A stretch of 33,556 nucleotides of DNA from a virus (IMGVR_UViG_3300031949_001704:1-33556), one strand, 5' to 3'; shown: positions 15,183 through 24,650, numbered from the stretch's first letter. Notes: generated by a model not told the origin, from the letters alone. A program made the numbers and translations.

Positions 15183-17036
15183 ATGGCTGGCTTCCTCTCG
15201 AAACTGTTCGGAAAGATGAAGATGTCTGTACCCCAGAAATCTGTTGGACTGGAGCGCCTCGCCCAGCATTCGAAGAGACCATCCGGACGGCGGGAGCCCC
15301 CAATCGAGCTTGACTGGTCGCAGGCCGAGTACATTCCTTTGCCGCCGTCACCGCCGACTTGGGAAGTCGATGGTCGTGACGAATTTCATCGCGAGTACAA
15401 TGATCCGACGATTGCACCTCTATTTCAGGCTGGATTCAAGAACCAGCACGCCAAGGTGGTGAAGCTTACCGCAGGGCTTTCCCCGAAACAGCGTGAGGGA
15501 AGAGTGGGGCAGGTCATCGCCAAGGCCTACACCAAGCTCATCATCCAGCGAATGAAGTCTGGGCAGTTAGCGGCTGCGGCCAAGCGATGCATCGAGATGT
15601 TCGAGGTGGTTCCCAGTCACATCAAGGACGTCGATCGGCGACGTTTCAACCGTATCCTTACCCTAATGGATAAGGCGGGGAATAAGCACGATTACACGCC
15701 GGTCGATGTAGTAAGTCCGTCGTCGCTGCCGCTGTTCGCGGTCTCGGATGACACCCCTTGGACGCTTATGGATGAACGAAAGCTGCAGGGGGATGAACGG
15801 CCCGATCCCGCCTTCGACATCGCCGCCATCGATGCGGCAGGAACTTGGCTGCTCGACAGCTCCGGGGCCAGCGCGAAACGGCCGGCCGTGAAGAGCGTGC
15901 TCCGTCGGATGGATCGATGCGGTCTCCTTGTTGGAGAGAAGGCTCTGATGCATGACGCCTATCGAACGGGGACCGGCTCCGCGGGGTCCAGCATCGCAAT
16001 CATGGACTCAAATGGGATTCTGCACATTTACGACTCGGCGTTGAAAACCGTTGCCGAATCGAACCTTCGGGAGGATTCGCGCGTGGTTGACCATTTCCGA
16101 ACCATCGACACGAACTACTGGGGGGAGTTCAAATCCCAGGTACGAGCCGTGGATGTTGCTCCCGAGGGTGACCGGTACCTCTTCACCCTCGCCGACGAGG
16201 CATGGTGTTGCACGACATCTGGTCACACCGTCTGGGGCGTGGTGATGCCCCTCAAGGAAGGTTGGAAACGCGTCGTGGGTCGCAGCGAGCGCTTCGGCGT
16301 TGGTTGCGAGGTTTGCGAGGCGCTTCGGCTTTTCGACCTGTCATTGCCCGTGAGCCCCGCGGACATCAAGCGAAAGTATCGAGCGTTGGCGCTGGCCCAC
16401 CACCCTGACCGTCATGCTGGCGATCCAGCTGCCACCGAGAAAATGAAGACCCTGAACAGAGCGTTCGAGGTTCTGACGGGCGTCGACCCGAACACGCTCG
16501 ACTTCGAGGAATCCGACGTAACCTACTTCGCTCGGACGGCTCCCGACCACGTGATTGACGTCGACGGCTTCCGGCTTGAGATCACTATGACCGGTGGGAC
16601 ACCCCAAGACTGGGTCTACGCCGCAAGCTTCGCTGTCTCCGACGGCGCAGCCTATCTGGCAACCTACTCCGGTAAGGTCATTCTAGTTTCGCGAGAGGGT
16701 CGGCCTCTGGTAGTGTACGACATCGGTACTTGCCCCAGCGAAATCATCGACATAGGTCGGTATACGTACTTCCTCACGCCGACGCGGCTCTACGTCGTCG
16801 AGGACACTATCAAGCTCGCGGCCTTCCTCGACGTCTTTCAACAGGGCCGGCTGCTGGTCTCGAAGTCCGGGTTTGGGCTGCTCACGAGTAAGCGATTCCA
16901 ATGGTTCACGGAGGCGGGTGTGAAGGTCGGTGAGCTGATGACGCGCGATCCGATTCGGGCGATCCATGCAACCGAACGCGGCTCGGTCGTGCGGACCCGG
17001 CAGCATCAAATCGAAGTACGGGGGCTCGCAATGTGA
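15183..17036 (+). CDS. J-domain (DnaJ) protein, with the J domain embedded in a beta-propeller-like region
   Basis: ALRLFDL...DIKRKYRALALAHHPDR...EKMKTLNRAFEVL with intact HPD; flanked by beta-strand repeats such as VRAVDVAPEGDRYLF. Confidence 0.75.
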   Translation: MAGFLSKLFGKMKMSVPQKSVGLERLAQHSKRPSGRREPPIELDWSQAEYIPLPPSPPTWEVDGRDEFHREYNDPTIAPLFQAGFKNQHAKVVKLTAGLSPKQREGRVGQVIAKAYTKLIIQRMKSGQLAAAAKRCIEMFEVVPSHIKDVDRRRFNRILTLMDKAGNKHDYTPVDVVSPSSLPLFAVSDDTPWTLMDERKLQGDERPDPAFDIAAIDAAGTWLLDSSGASAKRPAVKSVLRRMDRCGLLVGEKALMHDAYRTGTGSAGSSIAIMDSNGILHIYDSALKTVAESNLREDSRVVDHFRTIDTNYWGEFKSQVRAVDVAPEGDRYLFTLADEAWCCTTSGHTVWGVVMPLKEGWKRVVGRSERFGVGCEVCEALRLFDLSLPVSPADIKRKYRALALAHHPDRHAGDPAATEKMKTLNRAFEVLTGVDPNTLDFEESDVTYFARTAPDHVIDVDGFRLEITMTGGTPQDWVYAASFAVSDGAAYLATYSGKVILVSREGRPLVVYDIGTCPSEIIDIGRYTYFLTPTRLYVVEDTIKLAAFLDVFQQGRLLVSKSGFGLLTSKRFQWFTEAGVKVGELMTRDPIRAIHATERGSVVRTRQHQIEVRGLAM

Positions 17037-17316
17037 AGCGCTATTAGGTCGAAGGTAAGATGAGGAGTGAGCTAATAACAGCATGTAGCGGACCTTCCAC
17101 TGCAACCTGTTGATACAACAAACTAATTGGACCCGAAGGCGCAGGGCTCTTGTTCGTGCGTCTCGATGACGACCTTGACCCTATCCAGGTCAGAATGGGG
17201 AGAGGGCGTTCTACCGTACACAGTTATACTTCCCTATGTGGCTCAGTACACCGATAGGAGACCGCGAACGAGGCTCATCGGCGGCCAGATAGGATGTGAC
17301 GGGTTTCCTTCGGTTC

Positions 17317-19488
17317 TTAGTCAAGAAACAACGAGAGAAACGTCTTTCGCTCATTCTGTTTTCGCTTCTTCGCGCAGTCTGCGATTCCCCAGCGATCACC
17401 GATGATGACAGCCGTCTCCTTGGCCCGGGTGACGCCGGTGTAGAGGAGATTCCTGTGATGCATGAAGGAGTGGGCTTTGTGGACCACCACGACGGCGCAT
17501 GGAAACTCGGAGCCCTGCGCCTTGTGAATTGTGAGGGCGTAGGCAAGCTGGATGTCCTGCATATTCGGAGACCCGGCCTCGATTTCCACCAGCATTGCGT
17601 CGAACTCGATAATGAGCGAACCGTCCCGTGCGACATTCGTGACAACGCCCACTGCGCCATTCATGACGCCGATCTCATAGTTGTTTCGGGTCTGGATGAC
17701 CTTGTCGCAGGGGAAGAGCTTCGGCCTGCGACCGGCCGGAGCGACCGGAACCTCCACACCCCACAGTTTACGCTGAATGAGTCGCTGCAACTCCCGGTTC
17801 AGATCGTGCGTGCCAAGCGGTCCCTTGTGGGTCGGCGTCAATACCTGGACATCCGACACGAGGTCAAAGCCGAGTCGTTTGTCGAGCACGTTTTCGAACA
17901 ACTCCAGTAGGAAACGCTGGGCGTCCCATTGGTCGGAGAACTGATCCACCATGTACCACGCACGGCGGCCGGGGCCTTCCGGCTCGCTGGTCTTGCGTAC
18001 TTCGCCGTTCAGAATTGCGATGCTGTTTTCCTTGAGGACCCCTGCCTGCCTGACGACTTTGTCGAGAATGACCGCCGGCACAACTCGCGACTGGACGAGA
18101 TCGCGTAACAGGTTACCAGGACCTATCGGAGGAAGCTGGTTGTGGTCACCCACCAATACGACAGCGGTTCTATCCAGATTGATCGCCTGGAACAGTCGCC
18201 AGGCCAACGGCATGTCCACCATAGAGACCTCGTCCACAATGATCACATCGGCGTCGATGGGATTGTCCGGACCGCGGCCGTAGTCCATGCCATTGAAGCC
18301 GAGCAACCGATGAATCGTACTCGCAGAGTGCCCGACGACCTCTTCAAGGCGTTTGGCTGCCTTGCCGGTGGGCGCAGCGAGGACGACACGCAGATCACGT
18401 TCCGAGTATATACTTGTGATGGCCGAGACGGTAAACGTCTTGCCGCTTCCTGCCCCGCCGGAAACAAGGGAAATCGAATGCCGCAGAGTGGTGAGCGCGG
18501 CTTCCCGCTGGCCGTCATTGAGTTGGGGAGCAGTCTTCTGCACCAGGGATTCGAGACTATCGGTGCCGGCAAAATGGGGATTAGGCAGGCGGGCTTGCCG
18601 AAACAACACCGCTATGTCTTCCTCCATTTTGCGGATGTCAGGTCTGGCGACGAGGAATCGTCCACCGTGTGCGGAGCACGAAAGAACATCTTCATCAATG
18701 AGTTCGCTCAGTTTCTTTTCGATCCGGTCGCGGCTGTCGAGGACGTCCATGACAAGCAGCGTGTTGGCCTGGTCGATCAACTCCTCGAACTCGATCCAGC
18801 AATCGCCTTCCTCCAGCGCCTCCCCAACGCAATGGAGGACGCCGGCACGGATGCGGGCCGGATCATCTTTGGCCATCCCCATCTTGCGGGCAATCTTGTC
18901 GACCCGTTTGAATCCAAACCCGCGTACCTCGCGGACGATGATGTACGGGTCGGCCTTGAGCAGACTCAGTGCGTCATTGCTGAACTTCTTGACCAGCGTC
19001 GTCACCTGGTGATGGGTGAGCCCGTATGCGGCCAGCCACGTGATAGCCCTGTTGGTTGCCCTGGTCTTGCCCCACTCGTCGCGCAGCTTTTCGACCACCG
19101 CCAGTGGGACTTTCGCTGTCTCAGCAACCGTCTCCGGTTGTTCTGTGATCACCCGGTCGAAATCCGCGCCAAAACGTTCGGCGATCATCCGCGCTTTGAC
19201 CGGGCCGATGCCCTTCATCTTCGGATGGTTGGCCAGGTAGTTGGCGAGTCCTTCGGCATCCAGATCGAGGTCGTATTCCATGCCCTCGACTTCGAATTGT
19301 CGGCCATACCTCGGGTGTGTCACCCAGCGGCCGTTCAACACGACCGGTTCGTTCTCACGGGCGAAGAGCCGCCCGGCGAATTGCACCTCGTCGCCGTCGG
19401 CCGTCACGAGACGTCCGGCGGAAAACCGTGGCCCGGCATAGAAGACGGTGTCGATCCGCCCTCGAATTGTCGTTTGAGCGTGTTTCAA
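17317..19488 (-). CDS. recD2: RecD2-like SF1B DNA helicase
   Basis: HhH KGIGPVKA, Walker A GGAGSGKT, APTGKAA, DEVSMVD, GDHNQL, AYALTIHKAQGSEF, YTGVTRA; TTG 19488 with GAGG RBS is the likely start (ORF track gives 19548). Confidence 0.92.
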   Translation of the reverse strand: MKHAQTTIRGRIDTVFYAGPRFSAGRLVTADGDEVQFAGRLFARENEPVVLNGRWVTHPRYGRQFEVEGMEYDLDLDAEGLANYLANHPKMKGIGPVKARMIAERFGADFDRVITEQPETVAETAKVPLAVVEKLRDEWGKTRATNRAITWLAAYGLTHHQVTTLVKKFSNDALSLLKADPYIIVREVRGFGFKRVDKIARKMGMAKDDPARIRAGVLHCVGEALEEGDCWIEFEELIDQANTLLVMDVLDSRDRIEKKLSELIDEDVLSCSAHGGRFLVARPDIRKMEEDIAVLFRQARLPNPHFAGTDSLESLVQKTAPQLNDGQREAALTTLRHSISLVSGGAGSGKTFTVSAITSIYSERDLRVVLAAPTGKAAKRLEEVVGHSASTIHRLLGFNGMDYGRGPDNPIDADVIIVDEVSMVDMPLAWRLFQAINLDRTAVVLVGDHNQLPPIGPGNLLRDLVQSRVVPAVILDKVVRQAGVLKENSIAILNGEVRKTSEPEGPGRRAWYMVDQFSDQWDAQRFLLELFENVLDKRLGFDLVSDVQVLTPTHKGPLGTHDLNRELQRLIQRKLWGVEVPVAPAGRRPKLFPCDKVIQTRNNYEIGVMNGAVGVVTNVARDGSLIIEFDAMLVEIEAGSPNMQDIQLAYALTIHKAQGSEFPCAVVVVHKAHSFMHHRNLLYTGVTRAKETAVIIGDRWGIADCAKKRKQNERKTFLSLFLD

Positions 19489-19545
19489 GTAATCGCCTCT
19501 CAGCAAACCGCAGCACAGCGCGACTCCACGCCGATTTTCAATGTT

Positions 19546-19576
19546 CATATACCGGAATGATTTGCGGACTGTCGAA
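19546..19576 (-). promoter_or_regulatory. Repeated bipartite promoter motif, copy 4
   Basis: TTCGACA-N14-CCGGTATATG upstream of recD2. Confidence 0.55.
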
Positions 19577-19764
19577 GGGTGGTTCGATTGGGAATGGAAT
19601 TGGCTTTGACTTTAAGGGGATCGAGAAGTTATATTGTTTCGAGATAATGAAGTACGGGAATTGTAAGAGGAGTTCCATGCCGATTCGCATAAGGCCCTGT
19701 GATGAATTGGGGGACGAAACGCGTGTGTCTGAGGATGCCGGCATCAGCCTGCTTCTAAAGGGCT

Positions 19765-19836
19765 GCCGAACTACTCGGTGCTCCGGGAGGCAATGTCAGT
19801 TTCGGGTCCAATGCATATCGACGAGTATGTTGTCGG
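19765..19836 (+). other. Degenerate attC-like hairpin
   Basis: GCCGAACTACTCG...CGAGTATGTTGTCGG imperfect inverted repeat ending 24 bp before the next ATG. Confidence 0.4.
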
Positions 19837-19859
19837 ATCAGACGTGACAAGGGGGTGCT

Positions 19860-20315
19860 ATGCGCAATAAGAGGCAGGTCGGTCCTAGTATAGATTGGGA
19901 CAAGGTCGCTCGGCTGTTCCTTCGTACAATTCCAGTCTTGCCCGGCCCCGAAATCTATGATTTGCTCAAAGACCTTCAGCGCTCGCGTGACGATTTGGGA
20001 CGGAAGGTGAAGCGGGCCGCTTCTGCCCTGGAAGACGCAGCCACTCTGGTCGCGGAACTTGAAGGCGAGCTCAAAACGAAAGTCGGACAAGTGGAGAAGT
20101 TGAAAGCCGAATACGAACGTTACCAGCAACTGGCGACATTGGAGGAGGACAAAGCCAAAGCCCTTATAGAACAGCTCCAACAGACTCTTGGCGCAGGACG
20201 ATCTCGAGAGAGGTGGGTCGCTCTTGCGATAAATCTCGTGGCTGGCATCATCGTATTCGTTTTAGGAGTGTGGTTATCGCCGTGGATTAGGGTTCTTCTC
20301 GGTATCGGAGGATGA
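19860..20315 (+). CDS. Coiled-coil protein with C-terminal TM helix (cassette gene)
   Basis: Heptad-rich central region, C-terminal WVALAINLVAGIIVFVLGVWL; stop codon abuts attC. Confidence 0.75.
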   Translation: MRNKRQVGPSIDWDKVARLFLRTIPVLPGPEIYDLLKDLQRSRDDLGRKVKRAASALEDAATLVAELEGELKTKVGQVEKLKAEYERYQQLATLEEDKAKALIEQLQQTLGAGRSRERWVALAINLVAGIIVFVLGVWLSPWIRVLLGIGG

Positions 20316-20316
20316 G

Positions 20317-20377
20317 GCCTAACAAGGCGAAGCAGAAGGATGAAGTATCGCGCCACCACTGATGCGGAACGTTAGGC
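20317..20377 (+). other. Integron attC recombination site
   Basis: R'' GCCTAAC (20317-20323) and perfectly complementary R' GTTAGGC (20371-20377), 61 bp total, with inner GAAGCAG/CTGATGC L boxes; begins 1 bp after a stop codon. Confidence 0.8.
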
Positions 20378-20418
20378 AACATCTAAGGCCAATGTAAGAT
20401 AGTTAAACCTAGAGAGTC

Positions 20419-21693
20419 ATGGCAAACGAAAAACATCTCAAAGCCCTTGAAAAGGGAGCCCGTGTCTGGAATACTTGGAGAAGACGGGCTAATGTATACC
20501 GAATTGATCTTTCAGGAGCCGATCTTGGCGGCGGGAATTTTAACGGTTTTGATTTCGCAAGAGCAAATCTAGAGGGCGCAAATCTTGAAAAAGCTACGCT
20601 CAAGAATTGCATACTAGAATGTGCTCTCCTCCGCAGAGCCAACCTTGACCAGGCGAACCTTATGGAGGCAATTCTTGACGGTGCAAATCTCGCAGCGGCT
20701 TCACTGAAAAGGGCAAATCTCGAGGATGCCCTACTTCGAGAAGCGTGGGCTGTCTCCTCAGATCTTGATGAATTGTATGGGGACGATCATGTGATGTCAA
20801 GCGAAATGCCATTAGCGGGACTTTCTACTCTCCTTCTTGAGACGAACCTCTCGATGGCTGATGTCGCTGAGGGATCCCTTTGCTCCGCTATCATCAATGG
20901 AGCGAAACTAACCGAAACTGTACTTTCTGGAACCAATCTGGGTTATACACAATTTCGAAACGTTGATATGACGAAAGCGATGCTTCGAGGAGCCAATCTT
21001 GAGCACACTTTCTTCAAAGATGTCACACTTCGCAATGCCGATTTCAGCAACGCAGAAATGGTTTCAACGATATTTGCCAATGTTGACCTCAGTGAAGCTC
21101 TTGGGCTACATTCAACACGTCACACTGGACCTTCAACTGTGGGTGTAGACACAGTGTATCGGTCTAAAGGTCAGATTCCCATGCAGTTCTTGCAGGGATG
21201 CGGTTGCCCTAATCAGTTCATAGAATTTGTCGCAGCGCAAGCGAAGACACCCATCAAGTACTACTCCTGCTTCATTAGTTACAATACCAAAGACAGCGTT
21301 TTCTGTGAACGCCTTTACAGCGACCTCCAAAAGTCGAACATAAGAACATGGTATTTCCCTCACTCTGCAAAATGGGGTGAGCCAGTATGGAGCGAGATCA
21401 GCAGCACCATTAAGATTTATGATAGGATAATTGTAATATGTTCAAGAAATTCGTTGATAAGTGGTCCAGTGCTTAGAGAAATCGAGCGAGCTCTTGACCG
21501 GGAAGATAAAGAGAAAAGGAACATATTGTTTCCCATACGAATCGACGACTTTGTATTTGAGGAATGGCAACACCCGCGAAAGAGGGATTTGCTTACAAAA
21601 GTGGTCGGGGATTTTGTCGGATGGAACGAATCCGAGGTTAAGTATGAAGAATGCTTCAGAAGGCTACTTGCCGCCTTGGCGCAAGAATCGTGA
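20419..21693 (+). CDS. Pentapeptide-repeat + TIR domain protein
   Basis: A(N/D)Lxx repeats over the N-terminal half; YYSCFISY...LYSDLQ...VLREIERAL...LFPIRIDD TIR_2 motifs, putative catalytic Glu present. Confidence 0.9.
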   Translation: MANEKHLKALEKGARVWNTWRRRANVYRIDLSGADLGGGNFNGFDFARANLEGANLEKATLKNCILECALLRRANLDQANLMEAILDGANLAAASLKRANLEDALLREAWAVSSDLDELYGDDHVMSSEMPLAGLSTLLLETNLSMADVAEGSLCSAIINGAKLTETVLSGTNLGYTQFRNVDMTKAMLRGANLEHTFFKDVTLRNADFSNAEMVSTIFANVDLSEALGLHSTRHTGPSTVGVDTVYRSKGQIPMQFLQGCGCPNQFIEFVAAQAKTPIKYYSCFISYNTKDSVFCERLYSDLQKSNIRTWYFPHSAKWGEPVWSEISSTIKIYDRIIVICSRNSLISGPVLREIERALDREDKEKRNILFPIRIDDFVFEEWQHPRKRDLLTKVVGDFVGWNESEVKYEECFRRLLAALAQES

Positions 21694-21734
21694 TGACAAT
21701 GCAGAGAAGCGATTTTGAATCGTACCAATGATCG

Positions 21735-21824
21735 GCCTAGCGCGCCGCTGAAGCAGCCAGTGGCTGTAGAGACGATTTTTAAGTTTTGAATATGGCGCTG
21801 TGGCTGAGCGTTCTGGCGTTAAAC
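21735..21824 (+). other. Degenerate attC-like site at the right edge of cargo block 2
   Basis: GCCTAGC-GCGCC-GCTGAAGCAGCCA...TGGCTGAGCG...GTTAAAC; the ERCC4 fragment begins immediately after. Confidence 0.55.
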
Positions 21825-21828
21825 GTAT

Positions 21829-21972
21829 TACCGCCACGGAATCCTCATACCCCTCGACGGAGTAATCCCCTGCAGGGAGTGCCTTGCGAGTAACAATCAC
21901 ACGCTTGGGGTCGAATGCGTAGGGCTCCTGTTCCCGCGTATCGACGACGATGGTAACTCGGTTCTCACACAT
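21829..21972 (-). pseudogene. N-terminal fragment of ERCC4/XPF-family nuclease
   Basis: IVVDTREQEP...ALPAGDYSV...SVAV, breaking off where the ERK motif is expected. Confidence 0.8.
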
Positions 21973-22000
21973 CTGCCGCGGGGAATTCCGCATAATCGGG

Positions 22001-22510
22001 TCAAAATGGCTGGAGGGCGTCCTTGGCCGCCGTATCGTAGTTGTCCCCGCTGTCTTCGAGCACGATGCGCCGGTTGAAGTAGACGTTTTCGTTTTCGCCC
22101 CGGGTACGCTTGGTCACCTCGATCTTGACATTGAGCAGCTTGTCGAGGTTGTTGGGAAGCTCAGAGAGCTTTTCGAGATCAAGTCCGCAGGTATGCAGGT
22201 CCGTTTTGAGCCACTTGATGTTCTCGCGGGTGGCAATCACGTTGTTGCGCCAGAGGAGTCTTCCGCGGAACTGCGGCGCGATCACTCGAAGCGTCCATTT
22301 GAGCATGGGATTGCCCGAAGTTTGCGCGCGTGTCAACTCCACCCGCTCGATGTTCACCTGGTATTTGCCGTCGGGGATCGGTTCAAACTCCCGGTCTTCA
22401 ACTTCGGCTTGCGCGAAATCATCGTCGAACTGCGCAAGGTCGAGGTCCTCCGAACCGAGCGTCTGATCGTTGTGTCCGTAATCTTCGTTCTGCATGGTTT
22501 GATCCTCCAT
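22001..22510 (-). CDS. DUF669 protein (putative phage ssDNA-binding protein)
   Basis: FEPIPDGKYQVNI...SGNPMLKWTL; acidic termini ending in PF. Confidence 0.8.
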   Translation of the reverse strand: MEDQTMQNEDYGHNDQTLGSEDLDLAQFDDDFAQAEVEDREFEPIPDGKYQVNIERVELTRAQTSGNPMLKWTLRVIAPQFRGRLLWRNNVIATRENIKWLKTDLHTCGLDLEKLSELPNNLDKLLNVKIEVTKRTRGENENVYFNRRIVLEDSGDNYDTAAKDALQPF

Positions 22511-22517
22511 CTATGGG

Positions 22518-23297
22518 TTATTTACCGGCGGGAACGGGGTTCTTGTCACGCGAATCCCCCGGTGCCGAGGTCGGTCGCGAAGCACTCGCCTTGAGTGCGG
22601 CCGCCGGCCTGTTGAACGCTTCAGTGAACTTGGAGAAGTCGAGGTCGATGGTTTCGGGCAAGCGTCCCGTCCGATCACCCGCCTCGTAGTGCGGACTCGG
22701 CTTGGTGCGCATGACGCGGCGATAGGAGGTCTTTCCCTCCTCATCGGTCACCGCATCGAGGTCGCAGTAGAGGATGAGGTCGACCATCCCCAGCACGATC
22801 TTGCGGGCCTTGTCGGGCAGAGTCGGAACGATGCGGGTGTATTTCCCGGTGCGTGTCTCGATCTCTTTCTCCACCGAATGGGAAACCAAGAAGAGGCCGT
22901 AGGGAAGAAACGCCAGCTTGGTCAGGACGCGATGGAGCTCGTTGTTGATCAGCGCCCAGCCTTTGCCATAGCCGAGATCGGACTCGTGTTCGATCTTGAA
23001 CTTGGCGCAGATGTAGTCGCTGCACATCCGGTAGGCATTGTCGATGGTGTCGATGATTACGGTCTTGAATGGGTGCTTGCCCTCGGCGATCTCACTGCAT
23101 GCGGCGAGCAGTTCGTCCCATGACCGGATGGGAACCTGGTACACGTCCAAGGCGTTCAGCCCCGGCTCAGTGGCCAGGAACAAGGCCCCGTCGGAATGCG
23201 AGCACCAGGTCGATTTGCCGATCTTGCTGCGTCCATACACGAGCACGGTCAGATCGGCCAGGTTCTGTTTCTGCGGTGTTGTCTTGGTCGGTAGCAT
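22518..23297 (-). CDS. AAA_24 (Sak4-like) ATPase
   Basis: LVYGRSKIGKST, LATEPG, VIIDTID; AAGGAG RBS before ATG 23297. Confidence 0.85.
   Translation of the reverse strand: MLPTKTTPQKQNLADLTVLVYGRSKIGKSTWCSHSDGALFLATEPGLNALDVYQVPIRSWDELLAACSEIAEGKHPFKTVIIDTIDNAYRMCSDYICAKFKIEHESDLGYGKGWALINNELHRVLTKLAFLPYGLFLVSHSVEKEIETRTGKYTRIVPTLPDKARKIVLGMVDLILYCDLDAVTDEEGKTSYRRVMRTKPSPHYEAGDRTGRLPETIDLDFSKFTEAFNRPAAALKASASRPTSAPGDSRDKNPVPAGK
22519..22550 (-). promoter_or_regulatory. Repeated bipartite promoter motif, copy 5
   Basis: CGTGACA-N15-CCGGTAAATA upstream of DUF669. Confidence 0.5.
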
Positions 23298-23319
23298 ATA
23301 TCTTCTCCTTTTCTTGTCC

Positions 23320-24336
23320 TCAAAATGCCGGAGCCTCATTCACCGAGGCTTCATTCCGCAGCTCTTCATGCGGTGGGACTTTGCGGTAAAGGTTGTCGAT
23401 GATGTTGGAACTGCCGTCGGAACGACAGAGCGGGAAATACGCGCAGGGCCGACGGTAGTGGAAACAGAAGGCGGTGTTCTGATAGAAGACGCCGCGCCGT
23501 CGGGCGTCGAGGAACGCCTGGGTCAGTTCCCACAGCTCGGCCTGCAGCGTCTCGAAGCGGTCGCGGGAGAGATAGAGCATCTCCCGGTGGAACATGCCCG
23601 GCTCGGTGTACTTGGCGGCCAGCCGCTCCTGAAACTCGTCGTCGCTTTCCGGGCGGCGGCGCTTGGCGCTGCTCTTGCCGGTCTTAGACTTTGCGATCAG
23701 ATCGGCCCGCCGCGCCTCGAACTCGGCCTCGGTTTCGCCACGTCCCTGTTGCGGACGGGCCTTGACCAGGATATTGTAGAGCACACCCGCGATGCGGATG
23801 CCGAGCGTCTGTTCCACGTAACGGGAGTAGAGGACGATCTGGAAGTCGGTCCAGAGCCGCTCCAGGTAGTCGGCGTCCACCTGCGAAGCAGTCTTGTGCT
23901 CGAGCAGGAAATGCTCGTCGCCGATCCTGACGACGCCGTCCACCTTCCCGGCCAGCATGAAGCTTCTGGATGAAGCGCCGGTGGCAGGGTTGACGATGCT
24001 CCCCTCGAAGGTCTTTTCGAGGGCGACGACATTGAACTCCTCGCTCGCATAGCAGGCCGCGTAGCCCTTCATCATCGCCGAAGACAGATGCCAGTCCCGC
24101 TTTTGGTCCTCCTCTTGTGCACGGTTGGCGTAGGTCCGGTCGATGAAATCAAGGACGGGCCCCAGGTCTCTGCTGGAGTGCCAGATCTCCAGGCACTTGT
24201 GGATCACCGTGCCGAAGGCCAAGTTGTGATCCTGCTCCAAAGGGACCAACTCGTGGATGTACCGCCATTCGCAAGCCTTGCGGCAGTTGCGGAACAGGCT
24301 CCACATCGAGTAGGTGGTGATCGTGGCTGCACCCAT
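23320..24336 (-). CDS. PD-(D/E)XK exonuclease (RecB/Cas4-like, Cys cluster)
   Basis: GKVDGV...LEHKT, QxxxY, one N-terminal Cys plus C-terminal CFHYRRPCAYFPLC. Confidence 0.85.
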   Translation of the reverse strand: MGAATITTYSMWSLFRNCRKACEWRYIHELVPLEQDHNLAFGTVIHKCLEIWHSSRDLGPVLDFIDRTYANRAQEEDQKRDWHLSSAMMKGYAACYASEEFNVVALEKTFEGSIVNPATGASSRSFMLAGKVDGVVRIGDEHFLLEHKTASQVDADYLERLWTDFQIVLYSRYVEQTLGIRIAGVLYNILVKARPQQGRGETEAEFEARRADLIAKSKTGKSSAKRRRPESDDEFQERLAAKYTEPGMFHREMLYLSRDRFETLQAELWELTQAFLDARRRGVFYQNTAFCFHYRRPCAYFPLCRSDGSSNIIDNLYRKVPPHEELRNEASVNEAPAF

Positions 24337-24650
24337 TACGCTGCCCCCGTGGCTTTCAGCTCCGGAGAGACCGGAAGCGCGTCTCCCACCCGTTCGACCT
24401 TGAACGCCTCTTCACCGAACTCGCGGGAAAGGAACCCGGTGAAAATCCTGGCAATGGCGCGTCCGACATCGGTCGCCGCGTCCACCACGCAGGAACGCTT
24501 TTTCGAGTCCAGGCAGAAAGACGCATCGAGTCGTACCAGGGCGCGACCGTGCAGGCTCTCTGCGGCGAGTACCGCCAGTAGCAGGGATTCCTCGACGTCC
24601 TGAATCGGGACCTTGGAATCGAAGTTGTATCGGTAGAGTTCTCGGTTCAT
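24336..24650 (-). CDS. Hypothetical phage protein
   Basis: GGAGG RBS, coupled to the nuclease gene, preceded by the promoter motif. Confidence 0.7.
   Translation of the reverse strand: MNRELYRYNFDSKVPIQDVEESLLLAVLAAESLHGRALVRLDASFCLDSKKRSCVVDAATDVGRAIARIFTGFLSREFGEEAFKVERVGDALPVSPELKATGAA

Noticed and set aside
19577-19764. Intact gene upstream of the first attC-like site of block 2
   Set aside because: No convincing start or family motif; at most a cassette remnant
23320-24336. Cas4-like nuclease as sign of a CRISPR system
   Set aside because: No repeat-spacer array or other cas genes seen; context (AAA_24, DUF669) is a phage recombination module
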